Source: Pavona decussata (taxonomy: Eukaryota). Taken from it: a stretch of DNA of 64,000 nt. The notes under the pieces were generated by a model. That model was not told where the DNA came from. It did not search any database and saw nothing but the letters and a program-made list of their open reading frames with translations. The stretch is from NCBI GenBank assembly GCA_977016875.1, contig CDRNST010000006.1:6696001-6760000 (forward strand), given 5' to 3'. The translations under genes and the position numbers were made by a program. The first letter of the stretch is position 1. Each line of letters opens with the position of its first letter. Of this stretch, positions 37,011 through 51,745 are shown in pieces.

Positions 37011-40000
37011 GATTGCCTCTCTTTTCGGCTCCGAAGCAGAAAGGAAACCTCTGGCTTGCAGGGTATTTCCCATTACATAAGAAAAGAGATCCGCTGCTAC
37101 CAGTCGTATGTCCATATACTTACGATTCACCCGCTATGATTTATCAAATTCAATTTGGTGGGTTCTTGTACAGCTAATCACTCTAGGGTTGTGAATGTTT
37201 ACAAAATGAATTGTTTAGTTGTATATGTACACTGTACGTAATATTCAATATATATTCTAATTTTGGAAAATTTTAGTAAAATTTATATAATTATATTATA
37301 CCTTACGATTCCACAGCTCATTCAGATCAAGCCGTATGTTTGCATTTTTCATGTTGAGTTCAGTCAGTGATTTGAGGAATCATGTGTTTGGATTGTTTAC
37401 ATTAAATAACCAATAATAATCAAGGATTAGTAAAGTGCGTTTGATTTGTCTTATTTCTGCTAAAATTCTCTGGTAAAACCAGAAATTGGTTAGCAAAAGT
37501 GGAGTTCAGGGAGGAGGTTATCGAGAATTACCATGTGTTAAACTTTGTTCTGGTACAATGCAATAAACTGAATGTAGCAAAACTCAACACAGTCAGTGAT
37601 TTGAGGAATCAGTGTTCTAATTGTTTACATAAAACAATAACAATTTCTTACCTGTGTACTTTTCGGCAGTGAACTGATTAAGGAATAAAGTAAATCTGCA
37701 TGCTGGAATATTGAGAACTGCGCTTATGTTAAGTTTGTCCGAATCAACAAGCCCACGAGACCCATTCGCATGGGAGTTGAACATGTATTTAGGAATACGA
37801 CGCAAATTATTTCGGTGCGACTCAATTTGTGGCCGGGATATTCAAACTCCGTAAACTAAAGAAATTTGGCCAAAAGCTTTGGCTGATCAAATTTAAGATC
37901 TCTAAGCTCTAAAAGAGTCTCAACATCAATTTTTGTCTTTTCCTTATATTTCTCTAAATTGATGTACCGTGGACTTTATACACGAATGTCCGATGGAAAC
38001 CAAAAACCGCGAATGTCAGCTTTCCACCAAACCTTATTCTCAGCTTTGAACAGAGAATCTTTTACCAAGCACCTTATAAGCATTCTGGGTTTGAACATCT
38101 TTGAAATCAATTTTTAAAGAATATATTTTTGATCGGATTTATAGACAAAGCTTGCATTTTGCGCCATATTTGCCATGATTCAAAATGGCGTACAGGCAAA
38201 AGTTGAAATCAATCGACTGTATCCATGTTTTCGTGTGAAACTGTTCCCGCCAATTAGTTTCAGTGCAAGCGATTCGCCAATCCATATCGTCACAATGTCT
38301 CACTTGTGTAATTAAAACATCCCTATCTTGTAAAACTCAACCGAGTTACACCTTCAAACACGAAATATACATCTTAAGTGCTTTTTCGTTGTGAGCGCAA
38401 AGATGAGAAGTGGTTATATGTATTTAACAATAAAGCGTGTCTTGTATGGTCAACACAATTAGTATGGTGATTTTTAATTACCTCATTATACGCCTCACAC
38501 CCAACCTTCGCCTATTGAATTCTCTAACATTCATATCTGTGAAAGCCGACGTCTTTTTTGTTGTTGTTGTTGTTAAACAACATAATTTAGGCACATATTG
38601 TACGCAATAATATTGTACGAATTTCTAAGGCTAGGAAAGATTTGATCTTCCACGTTCGTCTGAGGGCCGAAATATTATTCGTCTTGTCATGAGAATTCTC
38701 CAAAGAGAATCACACCCATGATCTACTGCAAGCCAAGACACTGAGAGATTCGTGATCGTGCGGGAGTCGGTTAGAGATTTTAGCGATTACATGGAATGGC
38801 GACATAGTGATTCAGCGGCGAGGGCACACAGTTGTTCCATATGATCGATACATTAATTTTATTATAACCGACAGAAAAACCAGGCTTAATGTTCTCACTG
38901 CTTGTGTTCGAGACACTCGATGAAATTTCCAATTAACAAACACGCGTTTCAGATTGCTGGTAAGATGACTCACTGATTGGCATCACAAAACTGATAAAGC
39001 AATCGAGAGTCAGTACAGCTTTGTCGAGCTTACGTGCACGTGCCAAAATGAAATGAGAGATTGTAAGAAATCCGAACGAGGCTGGCGGAGTGAAGCAGTT
39101 GTTTAAGGATCACAAGTAAAATAGCGATTGAACTGTTTGGCAGCTGGAAAATGACACTGGACTACAAAAACAAAGGAATTTGTAAAAACGTACACCTAAG
39201 GGGAGAGACGCTGTACAATCCATTTCATACCTGAACATCATGAACTATTTTCTTGATTCTGATGGAAAGCCGATCTCAGTCATTATTATAAAAGTAAATA
39301 TTGCCTCTCCAAATCAAATCAGTTGTTCTCTTGGTCGGTGTAAATCACTAAGGCAGCAGTTGGCCAAGAGTCTTTTCATGTCCCAGTATTTACACGGACC
39401 ATTTTTTCTGGAAGTAAAATTGTGTCTTAAAATATGCACAAAATGATATTGGGCTTCCAGGCAAAACGTTTTGTCAGTAAACTCTCCAACGTAAGGAAAG
39501 ATCATTTTTCGAGATCAAGCGACGAGAAGTTCAAGACAGGATAGCCTTATATTCCGTGAAAAGTCAAAAGGTACGTTAAAACCGATTTTCTTTTGCACCG
39601 GAAGTCCACATTTTATTTCAATTGCCTCAAGGAAGCTACCTTATTTTAGTATTTATTCAACAGGCGACTGGGTCATTTGCTTCTGTTTATTTTATTTCCG
39701 AGCAGAACATGTTGCGAAAGTAAACATTGAAGGCTTTTTACGGTAGAAGAAAAAAAATGAATTTCACGAAGTCACTTTCTTAAAATAAACCTTGTTACCT
39801 TTTCAGTTTGCAGTGGATAAAGAAAGGATTAAAAATAAGCCAAGAATGTAGAAAGCGGGAAACTGGGACAGCCTCAGAGGCTCTCAACTACTTTGAAGAC
39901 GTTATATACTATTAAATGATGAAATGCTAAATACCTATGCTAATTTAGGTTTGTTGAAGAAGAGACAGTTGATGTCGTTTGAACCAGGCCTTTGTCTACA

Positions 40001-41602
40001 CTTGCTTAATTCTTTGCGGATCGAAAAGAATAAATTAAATGAACGCTTTAATACTTAAAAATAACCTCTAAATTCTTTTCACAATGTCTCGTTTTACATC
40101 CATTTCCGAGTGCCTCTCTATTAAGCCCCCTCCTCTCTCCCCACTGGCCTACCCACCATAAATTCTGGCTCAAATTACGACAAGGAAACAATTAGCCTGC
40201 AAGCAAGCTCTCTATTTGGTCTCACCCGAGACTTATTTCGCGTGAGACCCTTATTAGAGAGCTTGCGCGCAAGCTAAACAAAAAAATATGAGTTTTGTTG
40301 ACTTTATGAAATTTTAAGAAGACGAGGCTACAGCGTGAGAAGTAAATAGAGACCATTAGATTCTAGTACGAGTTCGACTACGAGATAAGACTTGAAGTTT
40401 TTAGCGAAGTAGTAAAAACAGAGATATCTCAGGGAGCTTTATTTTACTCTTTGTGAGCGACGCACTGAATTCCAAAAAGGCGAGATCACTTACGTTTCGA
40501 TGAGACAAGGATTCGTTTTTGCCACCACGCCGTTCTCTCCAAACCTCGTAGTAAAATAACGACGGCTATCTCGTTTCACCGCCGAAATGATACTGGTTCA
40601 CTCGCTCGCACTCTTTGTCTATTGCAAAAGAGTCGTAGGAAAAACTCGTAGGTCTCAAATGTTGTGCTGAGAAGGTAAGTGACGCGCGCGCAAGGCGAAC
40701 GAAACCTTAGTTACCAGAGAGAGGGACCCCCAAAAACAAAACAACCATGCAGCACAGGGGAGGGGAAGGGTAGGCAAACGGTTGATATGCATGGCATCCA
40801 GACTATTGTATTTTTGATACTCGTGTTTAAAGCATTCAGAGTAGTATTTCAGTTGTCAATTATTTCCGCATAGCTTGTTTACTGACTCATGACTTGAAAG
40901 GATCCACCGTCCCTATTAAGCACACGTACACTTCTCTATTAAAATCCCGTTCTTAATAAGAGTTTTCACAATGTTTACATTTTAGGCGATAACACGTACA
41001 ATAGTAGAGAGGATCTCTGTACAGTCACTGCCATGGAACGTAAATGGAAATACCTTTTACTTGCAGTGCATTCGATTGCCCCAGGCAACGGGATAGGGTA
41101 TCTCGCCGATAACGTAATGGTAAATTCATGTCATTATGATTCACATTAAAATTTTACGGAGCAATTTGCATGGTAAGCCTGAAGGAAGAGATGTCATTTT
41201 CTACCATATTATTGTAATTCGTAGACGCGAGCAGTATAGAATTAGTTTTTGTAAGACGCATTTTATTGGTAAGCGGTGAAGCGACGAGTTTTTTTGACAG
41301 CTAGAACGACGAGGAACCAATCAGTATCTTTTGTATTTCAGAAACGAGAAGTCAATAGAATATTCTCTTTATTCCTCCCTCTCCCCCGTCATTCCTCGTT
41401 TAATCGTTAATTTGCATAATTTGTGGATATCCGTTCTCGCGTAGGATCTGAGAAAAAAACAGTACTATTAATCGCAATCTAATGTAATTCGAAACTAGGG
41501 CTTTAATAAATTCTATGTCGTGGCTTTTATATTGAGGACATCAAACAATCCCTATTAATAAATTATAGGATTTTTGTATTTGGAGTTTTATGTTGTCCTT
41601 AG

Positions 41603-44547
41603 CTGGCTGCAATGAGCTCATGAGAGTCGCCGTCAACGGCATCTTACAACGCCGAGAAGGCGGGAAAGGACGTGACCATGGCCACCGGGATAGTAGCAGC
41701 AGTGTTAGCGATTCTCCGTACCAGGTTAGCTCGGCCAGTACCCTAAGAGACAGTGAGAGTAGGAGGGGTAATGCCTGTTGCATTGGTTAAGTTAAATATG
41801 AATCTTTGTAGTGGAGAGAAACACAAATTTTTACAAATGCCTGTTGTCCGACAAACTTGTTGGCCTGTGCTGATGGACCTATGGAGCTTTCTTGTTGGTA
41901 ACTATCTTCTGTTTTGTAGTTTGGTAACATTTCTTGTCAGATATCCTTATTTTGAAGTTGGCTGAGCTCAAGTTTTTTATTGGTTACTACTGTCAAAGGC
42001 GTTCTCGCCCCAGTCCCTTTGGGCAGAGGGACGGAAAGTAGGGAGTGGGGAGGGGAGGTTGGCCGAGGAGTTGCCTTCAGTTCTGGCGAGCTTGTTACTT
42101 ACTTTCTCTGTGCCTCTGAGTGCTCGTACATTTTTAAGAGATAAGTTGCTAACGATAAACAAGAAGTTCTAATGGATTATGATTAGAGGTATCTATCAAG
42201 TCAAGGAAAGACTTTCATTTCTGCTGTACAATCAGAAACACTTACACTTACTTAATAAAATTAAAAAGAAAATCTTATAGAAGGAGGAACCGTTGGCGAA
42301 TGTCTCCCTGCTTCTTAGACTCGTCTGAAACGTTGTATTGGAAATTTCAACAAGTATTTCTATCAGTTTTAAGAACCACAGGAAAATATTTTCTGTTTCT
42401 TGTAACAACAAAGCATTTAATTTAATGTGGTACTAGAGAGAAGGAAATTAATGCTTGTTGACTTTTCAATAAATGCTCACGCTATCCGCAGTGAGGATTT
42501 TACCCACAGTCTCAAAGACAAGAACCACCTTTTAAAGCATAATGTATAGCACTACGGGAAAGAACTGCGTGGTAGTTTTTATTTGGATGGTTTGAATGGC
42601 GACGCTTAGAATTTGAACTGAAGACTCAAAAGCTATAACCACTTTTTACAGCGTAATAAACGTTATCACAGGAAAGCACTGCTCAGTTGCATAATCAAAA
42701 ATGAGAAACACCTGGAGCTTAATTATACAACATCATACTAGTACCACAGCAAAGTTTTGCTTAGTAGCTTTCAACTTATTGGTCACACATTAGAATGCCA
42801 ACTACAGAATCAAGGAAGAACTGTCATGTATAGCATCATTAATGTTAATAACACCATAGGAAAGTGCTGGTCACTACCATTGAAATGGTCACATTTTCAG
42901 TTGGTAGATTATCAAAGACCTAAGGTTATCTCACCTTCCCTGTGCGGATTAGGATTGAAATATGTTTTACCAGTAAATTGTGCTTTTCTCTCAGGATTCT
43001 ATCACTGATGTCAGTGAGAGGGAGCCAGGTGAAGTGAAGCCTCGAGATCCAATGGCTGTTCTGTTGAACTGCATTCAGAATTACAGGCCGTCAGCGGATA
43101 ATAGCGCCAGCGAAGGAGAGTTGTTAACAGAACATCTGTGCATGCCTAATGCGGGACAGGGAAAGACTGAATCAAAGGAACCTGGTGAAGTAGATTAGTG
43201 ATACTGTTGGCGCTAGCTAGTTTATTTATCGGCAGAATTGCTTAAGAATAATCATCCCGGCAAATCTCTTAGTATTACATGAGATATTCAAGCACGTTCA
43301 CTGAATTTTGTTCTTGAACAATTTCGAAGGTAGCTGATTAGCCCTTCATTCTCGGAGTCAACAAAGAAAAAAAAAATAAACAAACCGGTTTAGTCTGTGG
43401 TTGGAACACTCAACTAAACTGCTATTCAGTAGTACTTTTTATCTTGGTCGTTCTTTTGAGACGAACTCTTATTGTGTAATTCAAAGTACATCGTTTTTTT
43501 CCAGTCAGCTTTCCTGAAAGACGCCTGCCAAAAATACCAAAAGTGGGCACAAAAATGCATAGTAATACGACAAGGCGGTGGAGGCGCGGGAGCGTAGTGG
43601 TTTGCGCGCTGGACTTTTCGGGTGTTCGGTAAAATATCGGAGGGTTGGTGATTCAACGATAAGTTGTTCTCTGCATTGTCGTGTTGTAACTTTACTCCAC
43701 TTTGTCTGTCTTCACCCAGGTGAAAAATGGGTACCGGTTACATAACCCTGCAATAGACTAGCATCCCAACTAGGATAGTGAAGAGGAATACAAATACCCC
43801 AAGTTTCTTTATAGTAGAGCTAACCGGCTTAAGGTGTGACTTAAAACAAGTACATCAGGTTTCAATTTTTCACTTCTTTTGTTATTTGCAGTCCCAAGAA
43901 AACTCTCTCCCGGTGAGGTGGTAGTGTGGGTGCCGTCCGGTGCAGTTGGGAACCTTCCTCCTCCTTTACCTGGGAAATTCACATTGGATGACGAACCTGT
44001 GGATGTGAAGAACGCCAAAACTCCCGGTGCACTCGAAGTCTTTCCGATGAATGCCGACGGAGAGCCTAGTCACAACGAGCGTTCTCTTCATGCTTCGGAT
44101 TTGTTACCGGGAACGCTCGGCACAGATACTTCTTTTCCCACTGCACAACAACGACAACAGAAACAGCAACAGCAGCAACAACAACAACACGCTAAGCCCA
44201 GGGTAATTCATGTTGAAGAAAAGGACAGTCAACTATCAGAGACAAGTTTACAAAACACTTATTCTGTAGAAGAGCGCAGACAAGGGGCTTCTACATTGGC
44301 TGATGATAACAGAGAGGAAGGGAAGAAAAATGTTTTCACGAGCGAACAAGATGGATTAGGCTTTAAGGGAGAAAGTAATGGAGCTGTTGAACTTGATGAG
44401 GAAGACGTCGAACCTCACCAGCCAACTAAAATCCAAGTTATGCTACCGTCAGTTGATAACAGTGTTCATGAAGAAAGCTCGGCACACGTTTCTGTTGATC
44501 AGGATACGTTTGGTGACGTGTCTTCCATTTCTGGAGGCGATTTTTGA
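41603..44547 (+). pseudogene. Duplicated 3' exons of the unrelated plus-strand gene, copy 3 (exon from ~41603; exon 42995-43193; terminal exon 43892-44547)
   Basis: Homologous to copy 1. The middle exon donor is mutated GT>AT (43194-43195) and the first exon donor is out of phase by a small deletion; the terminal exon is open (polyQ, ...GGDF*). Confidence 0.7.
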
Positions 44548-45138
44548 GTGCAGTGGCAGCGGTGATAAATATTTATAATAAAATAGATTGTTAGAAGCAT
44601 GAAAATTGTTTCAAGGCTTTGCTTTTAAACTAAATGTTTTTGAAAGTGGTCTTCAACTTGGTGTCGAAAGTAATTTTGTTTGTTTTGTTTTTGTCTTACT
44701 ACGATTTGTGATTGGCTAAGGAAACTCGGCCACTAATTCAACCAGATGTAAGGAAAACCAAGCTATCGTGGCTTGCTCGCGCGCGTTTTCCCGCGCGTGG
44801 GCTATTTACATATGCTGTTTGTGTCTGTTGTGATTGGCCAGGGCGCATCGCCGGATAACTTTGGTGTTGGTGCTGTGTTACACGGTTGAAAACCACTGAA
44901 CAGTGAGGACACCGCATTAGATTTGAACCGACACACGACTGTTTCTCTTTTCCACAGGATATTAATTTTCATCGTATAACTGTCAAATATAAAGGTCGTT
45001 TTACACGTATGAAGCAGTTGTAAGCAGAAGCACAAGCAACCTTATTGTCGCTATATCAACCGTTTAAACTGGTGTGAAGTAAGCAAAACTGCAATGGTAG
45101 TACCAACTTGTGTTGCTTGCTTCGTACGTGTAAACCTG

Positions 45139-45376
45139 GCCCCGGTTGTTCAAAGCCGGATAACTCTATCCAGTGGATAAGTCGCTATCCGTCAGTTTCG
45201 ATCTGTGCAACGATTTCAGTATTTTCTCTTGTACAAGTGAATATGCACACTCTAACCACAGTTGAGTTTGGGAGTGAACGAAAACCTTGGACAACGTTTT
45301 ACGTGAAGTATATTTTAGACCCTGAATAGTGCCTTATCCAGCGAATAAAGTTATCCGGCCTTTGAACAACTGGGGC
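45139..45376. mobile_element. PIF/Harbinger-like MITE (238 bp)
   Basis: TIRs gccccggttgttcaaagccggataact / agttatccggcctttgaacaactggggc; 3-bp TSD CTG (45136-45138, 45377-45379); empty site 'gtaaacctgagggag' at ~11033. Confidence 0.88.
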
Positions 45377-46322
45377 CTGAGGGAGAACAACATTGTCCTA
45401 TGACGCATGCGTTGTTCCTGTTCTCCCTCAGTCCTTTAGAAATCGTGGGGGGGGGGGGGGGGGGGAGCGGGGAGGAGAGCCGTTGGTGGGGAGAGTGAGG
45501 GGTTGTATAGTTTTCAATTATAAGGAGTGGGTAATCCAAAAGGGAGTGGTGGAATCGGAGAAAACTGAAAAAAAAAGGCTTCGGAAAGAATGTAAGTTTC
45601 CCAAAATTCTGAAAGTAAACCCCTCCGAAAATAATCCAACCTTTAGAACGGCCCCAAATCTCTATTATCTTCGTTGATAAACCCAAAAGACCCGACCTGA
45701 GTCAATGGACTATTTTAGCTTGCTATTTTAGGCTATGAGCTTCGTGTTTCACGCTAATTTAAGTTCTTCTCATTGTCAAGCCGCAAAATGCTCTCCAATA
45801 TCAAGCGCCCCGCCAACAAGCCAAACATGAACAAGAGTCCTTTCAAGGAATAAAGACCAGCGCTTATGTTGAGAATTTTACGATGGTTGCGGAAACAACC
45901 TTTGGTCCTTAAACTTGAACATAAAAATGTTGTGTTGGTGTTAGTGAGGAGTAAGGGGGCTGTAGAGCCTGTCATAGTTACGCCAGTGGTCGGTTTAAAT
46001 TTCATGCGAGGGACATCTCAACAAGTAGACAGTCCTGTGATAAATAATTTTCATTTGACTGCTGCCCGGTAGAAACAAGTTTTCATTCGTCACTCGCATT
46101 TTCCAACCTTTTTCTTTCCTTTGGTGTACCACTGTTTTTTCTTTTACTCAACATTATCGATTTCACACGCTTTGAGATGATTAGCAAAATCTTTAATAAT
46201 GTATGACTGTCAGACTACATAATTTCGTTTCTTTATCATTTACGGATCACAGTTTGTTCTAAATCAAGTCCGGGGTGAAATGCTGCGACCCCGTTTAACA
46301 CGCTGTTACATCTGTGAACGCA

Positions 46323-47827
46323 TCAGAGGTGAGCTCCCAACCACCACTGGGTGGTAGATTGGCTGTCCTGTGTGCAGCGGAACTTTGGGTTGATGTAGTT
46401 ATAGTGGCCAAAGTTGTCTTCCTCTTTCACTGAACCCGCCTTTGGCCTAAACTGACAGGTAGCGTATGTACTGTCAGTATGCAGAAAGTGGCCTTTAGTA
46501 TCCTGCCAAAAAGGTACCGTTTGGTGGATCCCGATGTGTCCGCGGATGTTGATGTATTCAACTTTTTTGCATTTGTTGCTGACAAGGTCATTCACAATGT
46601 TGAAGTCTTTGATGTTTCCACGCACGTAATCTCTGAAATCGACGCCGTAGGTCGGGTAGCTGCATGTTGCTCGCCAGTGAGTGGAGTGACTCTGTAGGGA
46701 CTTCATTCGTGCCAAACTCAGGCGGTACAGATTCCAGTTCTGTGCGTTCTCGTTCACTGGAGAGTTGTACTTGAAAGGGGTCTTCTGAAAAGCGGGCAGC
46801 TTACGATTTCGAGTACTCCAGGATATAATCAGGGTCCAGGCAGTGCCGGGCTCGGACTTGAGATCACAGTAAGCCGGGTAACTGTTTCCGCCATTATCGT
46901 AAAGTCTGTAGACGCCACATTTTGAGGCTCCTCTCAGCAGATAATCAAGGCAGGAGGTTGGACGGAAGAGTTTTTGCTGAATTTTAGTTGATTTAGGACA
47001 ATCGTCTCCCTAGAAAAAGGAAAAGCAACAAAGAATTATCGACTTTAGTCTGGCTCGAAAAATCTCGCAAGATTCTCCACGACACCAGAAATGTACATAT
47101 TCTAAACCTTCGGATTGCCGGGGAGGAGCGAAATATTCGCGAGCGCGGCATTCAGGAATCAACCTAGTCGACCTGAACTTCTTATTGCTAAAAATTCGGT
47201 TGTAATTGCTCTGATTTCCATCTTTTACGTTTTGAAGATCGTTTGAACTCCCGATCACGACTTTTTCTTATAAAATTTCTTTCAAAGCGAGTGAAATTGC
47301 TCGAAAGAAATAAACTTTTCAGCTGTAAATAAACATCAGACAGCGAAGTTTACCTCGCATCCAAGTGTAAGAACTCGTTTGTGCCGTTTGTGCTCAGCAA
47401 CTGCTGCAAGTGCCTGGAAGATGAAGAAAGATTTTAATCTTGGACAGTCAAATAGTGAAGATCATATTCTTGTAGTTAAACTCAGTCACGGGATTTTGTC
47501 CATCGTATAACTGAGATCCTGAGATTCCTGTGATTTTTTAGGTATAAAAACGGTAAATGGCGCGAGTAATTATAATTATTTCTTGATCATGCGGCGTTAC
47601 TAACTCAAATAGGCTCAATAAAACGGTCATTTCCCTCCTTTACGGCTTAGTTCCATGCATCGCTCGCCGGTTTGAATCTCGTGCTCAATTTCAAAATGTT
47701 GAGATCAGTGATAATTTGGCAGATATAAAACTAAATGAAGATTGTTCCATTAATAGTTTTGTGTGACAAACAAATCACTCACGAGAAAAGAGATGCCAAT
47801 AAAAGCAGCGATTGTCTTAAATGCCAT
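46323..47827 (-). CDS. g5: secreted fibrinogen-related protein, 263 aa; exons 47827-47783, 47413-47354, 47009-46323
   Basis: MAFKTIAAFIGISFL/ALAAVAEHKRHKRVLTLGCE/GDDCPK...; intact. Introns resemble g2; 3' flank resembles g1. Confidence 0.9.
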
Positions 47828-50800
47828 CGTTAGCTCTCCTTGAAATACCGTTTTGAATTTAGTTCAAAGAAGGCAAAAAGGATTTGGAAGTTTCTTTGCT
47901 GACCAAAGATCTCGTCAACAAGCGAGCAGGCTAGGCTGTGTGTTACAAATATGCTACGTATACCAAAGTATGCTAAATAATCGAAAACTTAACATGTTTC
48001 GTGAAGACAAAAGAAACAAAGAGCTATGGGTTAAAATGCTGTGACAATCAAATCTTTGTCGTTCTCTTTTTGTGTAAATTATTAGAAGTTTGTTGACCCG
48101 TATTCAAGAGCTTCGTGCGCTAATAGTAACAGACAATAGGGTAAAATATTTGAGAAGTTACACGTTGAATGCTAGGTCTACAAAAGGAAAGTCTATATAG
48201 GTAATAACTTAATTAAATGAGTGGTAGGAAAACATCACTGCATGGGGGAAGGGGCGACTTAATTATTTTCCGATAACTTATCTTGACCGACTTCTCGATG
48301 CCAGTGCCGACTGGCTTTACTCTTTTGTGGAAACATTAAGAAAGAAATTTATTTAATGGGAGAGAACTCAGAGATAATTTTGCTTTCATTAAGATTTAAT
48401 TTAAGGAAAGTAAAGGGCGCCAGGATAAACATCAGAACCTTGGCTACGTGGCGAAGTAAACTTTTACGGTGACTTCACATGATTTCATGCGTGAATGAAG
48501 ATCGATGGCACTGATTTGTCCGCAACATTTTAGACCAGTTAAGGAAACAATTGGTGCACAAAGCTGTTACAGACAACTTGTCAATTTCAATGTAAACTTC
48601 CGCAAGGCAGTGTTCAAAGTTTTATTGTTTAGTCACTGAACCGAAAAATATGCCTGGAAGCATTTTGCGCAGTTTCTTGAATTGGATGCAGCAAATATTT
48701 CAGCCAGCGGTGTGGTGTGTGTTGGCGGGTAGCGTATTTGAAACAGTCACCTGAGCGCTGCGCTCCAAGAGAAAGAAAAAAAGAAAGATAGATCCTACAG
48801 ACCTGGTGTATTGTTTACCCGAGAATACCTACAGTGGAAATCTTTAAGACATGATTTTAATTCACGTCGGTAATAAATAAAAATATCCATTATTTGAGAC
48901 CTCAGTCGTTATAAGACTCCCACACTCAACCTTCGTCTTTCGCTGAGATAATTTTAGTAATCTGTAGCGGTCAAGAATCCTTTGCTCCAACGCGTTATTT
49001 TTATTTTGTTCTTTAATGCCAAATATCCGCAAATTACAGAAAGAAAACGATGCAGTAAACGTTGCGATAATCAATCGGATACCATAATCGATGCGGCTGC
49101 TAGAAAATTGAACAAAGAAAGACAAGACAAGACAAGACAAGAACATAGAAATAACAAAATAAGCCGAGAAATAAAGAGCTAAAGGAATACTTACAAACGT
49201 TATATGGCCTTTGAAAACGGACAAAAGAAGCGATGGAAAACGCAAAAACCTAAAACTGTATTCTCCAAAGAACCAAAACGAGAATGAATAAAAAAGCAAA
49301 GACGCGAATTTATACTGATGAACTGACGGAACAATAGACGAAGTTATGCAGAAAAAAACTAACAGAATAATAATGAAAACGACATTCAAGGATGACACAA
49401 AAAATGTTCCTAGAAAACAGAGGAGTTCGTTTAAAAAGAATGCGGCCGCAACATCTTCAACATCTTTCATTTTCCATCGGATCCCAATACAAGTAGTGAC
49501 TTTGTGCCACGTTTGACCTAATTCAAAATGGCGGCCAATCAGTCATTTGAGAGAGCTTGCATTCAATCATGATTCCCTCTAAGGAGCTTCTGGATTGCGA
49601 AAAGATCGCTCACCAAGCCCACGAGCTATTAAGTCGGACAGCTAGGCGAGTTTGCGGAATTAGGATATGGCTAATACAACATTTTATAGTTGAAGTCAAT
49701 CACCTGGTTATAATTATAATCTGGTTAAGTCTAGTTTTCAACAGCGACGCAAGCGAAAGCGCAACGATTTATTTTTCAACACAAGCACAAGTCATCAGAC
49801 GCAAGCGTCAGAGTGAAGCTGGCTCTGTTGTGTTTTACGGTACTCTTGGTGTTTATTGTGTTTGTGCCTGTCGAACGGTAGTGAATTTTATGAGTAAACG
49901 GAATTTCCGAGCAGAGCAGGGCATAGGTTTAAACTTTTTACTGCTAGGAACTCTCGGCACAGACACATGACTTCTGAGAGAGCGAAGGCACCTTCCAAAA
50001 TTCCTGTTACTTTGCGTCTTCCAGCTATGATTGAGTTCCTTTAATATGAAATTCTCGTAAATCCGGCAATTAAATTTTCCTTTGAAGACACGTATATCCC
50101 CATAGGCTCGACTAAAAACCTTATAAATCGCCTGGGTCTTGTGTTCAACAATACATTAGTGAAGATGTCGGGTTGTGTAGCCTACATAATCTGCAGCACA
50201 CAGATCACATGAGAATAAGCATAACACGCACTGTTGTTCTACGATTTCGAGACTTGATTTCTTTTCTCTGATTCAGATCTCGTTCCAGTCTTTTGCCGAC
50301 GATACTGGTTGTTGGGTGAGTTCAATCTTGTCACTTAGATCTCTCATTTGCCTTTAAACTGTATTGGCTGAAGTTTTATCCTTTAATGGGAGGCCGATTG
50401 TGATCACTTTGCTTTCTTCAGTTCAGCTTTTTCGTTTTCTTTATCTGACAAAGTATTCTGGAGAAAGTTGTTGATGGTGTAGGTTATTAGGCCCATAGGA
50501 TAGCCAAGCCACGCCCAGATAGACCGTAATCTGGTGCATTCTTGGTTGAAAGCTTCAGTTGTAGACTAGGGTATGTGCATTATTGATCATTGTTTTTAAT
50601 AGCAAACCTTTCTTTATAGCGTTTATCCGTGTGGCAATGGGAGAGATCTTGTAGAGGTGGAAAGGTTTGTATTTTTGGTACAGTAGTTACATTGTCTGAT
50701 GGAGCTGAAGAAGTTATTAAGGCAAGGATGAGAAATAAGCAAGCTGCATTCTTCCGGTTGAGAGTAGATTTGGAGTAACAGTCAGTTCAACAAGAATACT

Positions 50801-50873
50801 AAGTTGGGATCATTAAGTCCATCGAAGTAGCTCTACTCTTGTATGGCTGTGAGACATGGCCCATAATGAAAAA

Positions 50874-51497
50874 TAATAATAAAATAATAATAAATAATTT
50901 ATTTCTATAGCGCATTTTCCTAACGCTCAAATGCGCTTTACAGTGTCAAACACATTATAATCTATACACTAAAAAATGTAAAAAAAATCTAAGAATCAAA
51001 AAATCAAAAGTCAATTAAAAGTCTAAAAATATGCTTGTCGAAAAAGATAGGTCTTAAGTTTAGCTTTAAAGATAGAGACAGATGCGCTGCTTTTAATCTC
51101 AAATGGAAGCGGGTTTCAGAGGTAAGGCACACACACTGAAAAAGCCCTAAAGCCAGTCAATTTGAGCTTGTGCGTTGGCTGCTTCAGTAGAAGTTGGTCA
51201 GCAGACCTAAGAGCTCGCCTGGGAACATAAGGACTGATGAGCTCAGTCAGGTACATTGGAGTTGCACCATGGAGTGCCTTAAAGGTGTACAATAAGATCT
51301 TAAATACAATACGCTGACGGACGGGGAGCTAATGTAGCTCAATAAGTAGTGGTGTGACATGATCAAACGTTCGCTTGTTAGTGATCACTTTAGCAGCCGC
51401 GTTCAAAACATATTGTAGTCTTTGAATAAGATAATCAGGTGGGCCATAGAGAAGCGCATTACAATGATCTAAGCGAGATGTTACTAATGCATGCACT
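50874..51497 (-). mobile_element. 5'-truncated L2/CR1-group LINE fragment nested in the RTE remnant
   Basis: LVHALVTSRLDHCNALLYG...LQYVLNAAAKVI...HVTPLLIELH*LPVRQRIVFKILL...FKAKLKTYLF with a (TTA)n-type tail; empty site 'ataatgaaaaagacgggg' at ~32886. Confidence 0.88.
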
Positions 51498-51745
51498 AGA
51501 CGGGGAAAAATTAAACGTCTTCTTTTACAGATGCCTCCTATGTATGTTGAAGATATGTCGGCCGATGAGAGTGTCAAATGAAAAATTAGACAGCAAAGCG
51601 GTCAGCAGGTACAAAAGAAGGGGAGGCAGCTGATCGGACATGTGCTAAAGATGAATGCAAACAAACACCCAAAAGTAACACTCGCTTGAACTCTTGAGGG
51701 TGTGAATGACGCAGAGGCAGACCGAAAGAGACCTGGCCGGCGCAT

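Noticed and set aside
42470-42972. ~500-bp segment present only in the third type A unit, considered as a new insertion
   Set aside because: No TIRs or convincing TSD; it is degenerate repeat-like sequence and may instead have been deleted from the other copies, so it could not be classified.
48862-49470. 202-aa hydrophobic ORF resembling a membrane protein
   Set aside because: Product of an A-rich plus strand; the equivalent regions in the other type B spacers (~25.3-25.9 and ~31.5-32.15 kb) do not retain a comparable ORF.
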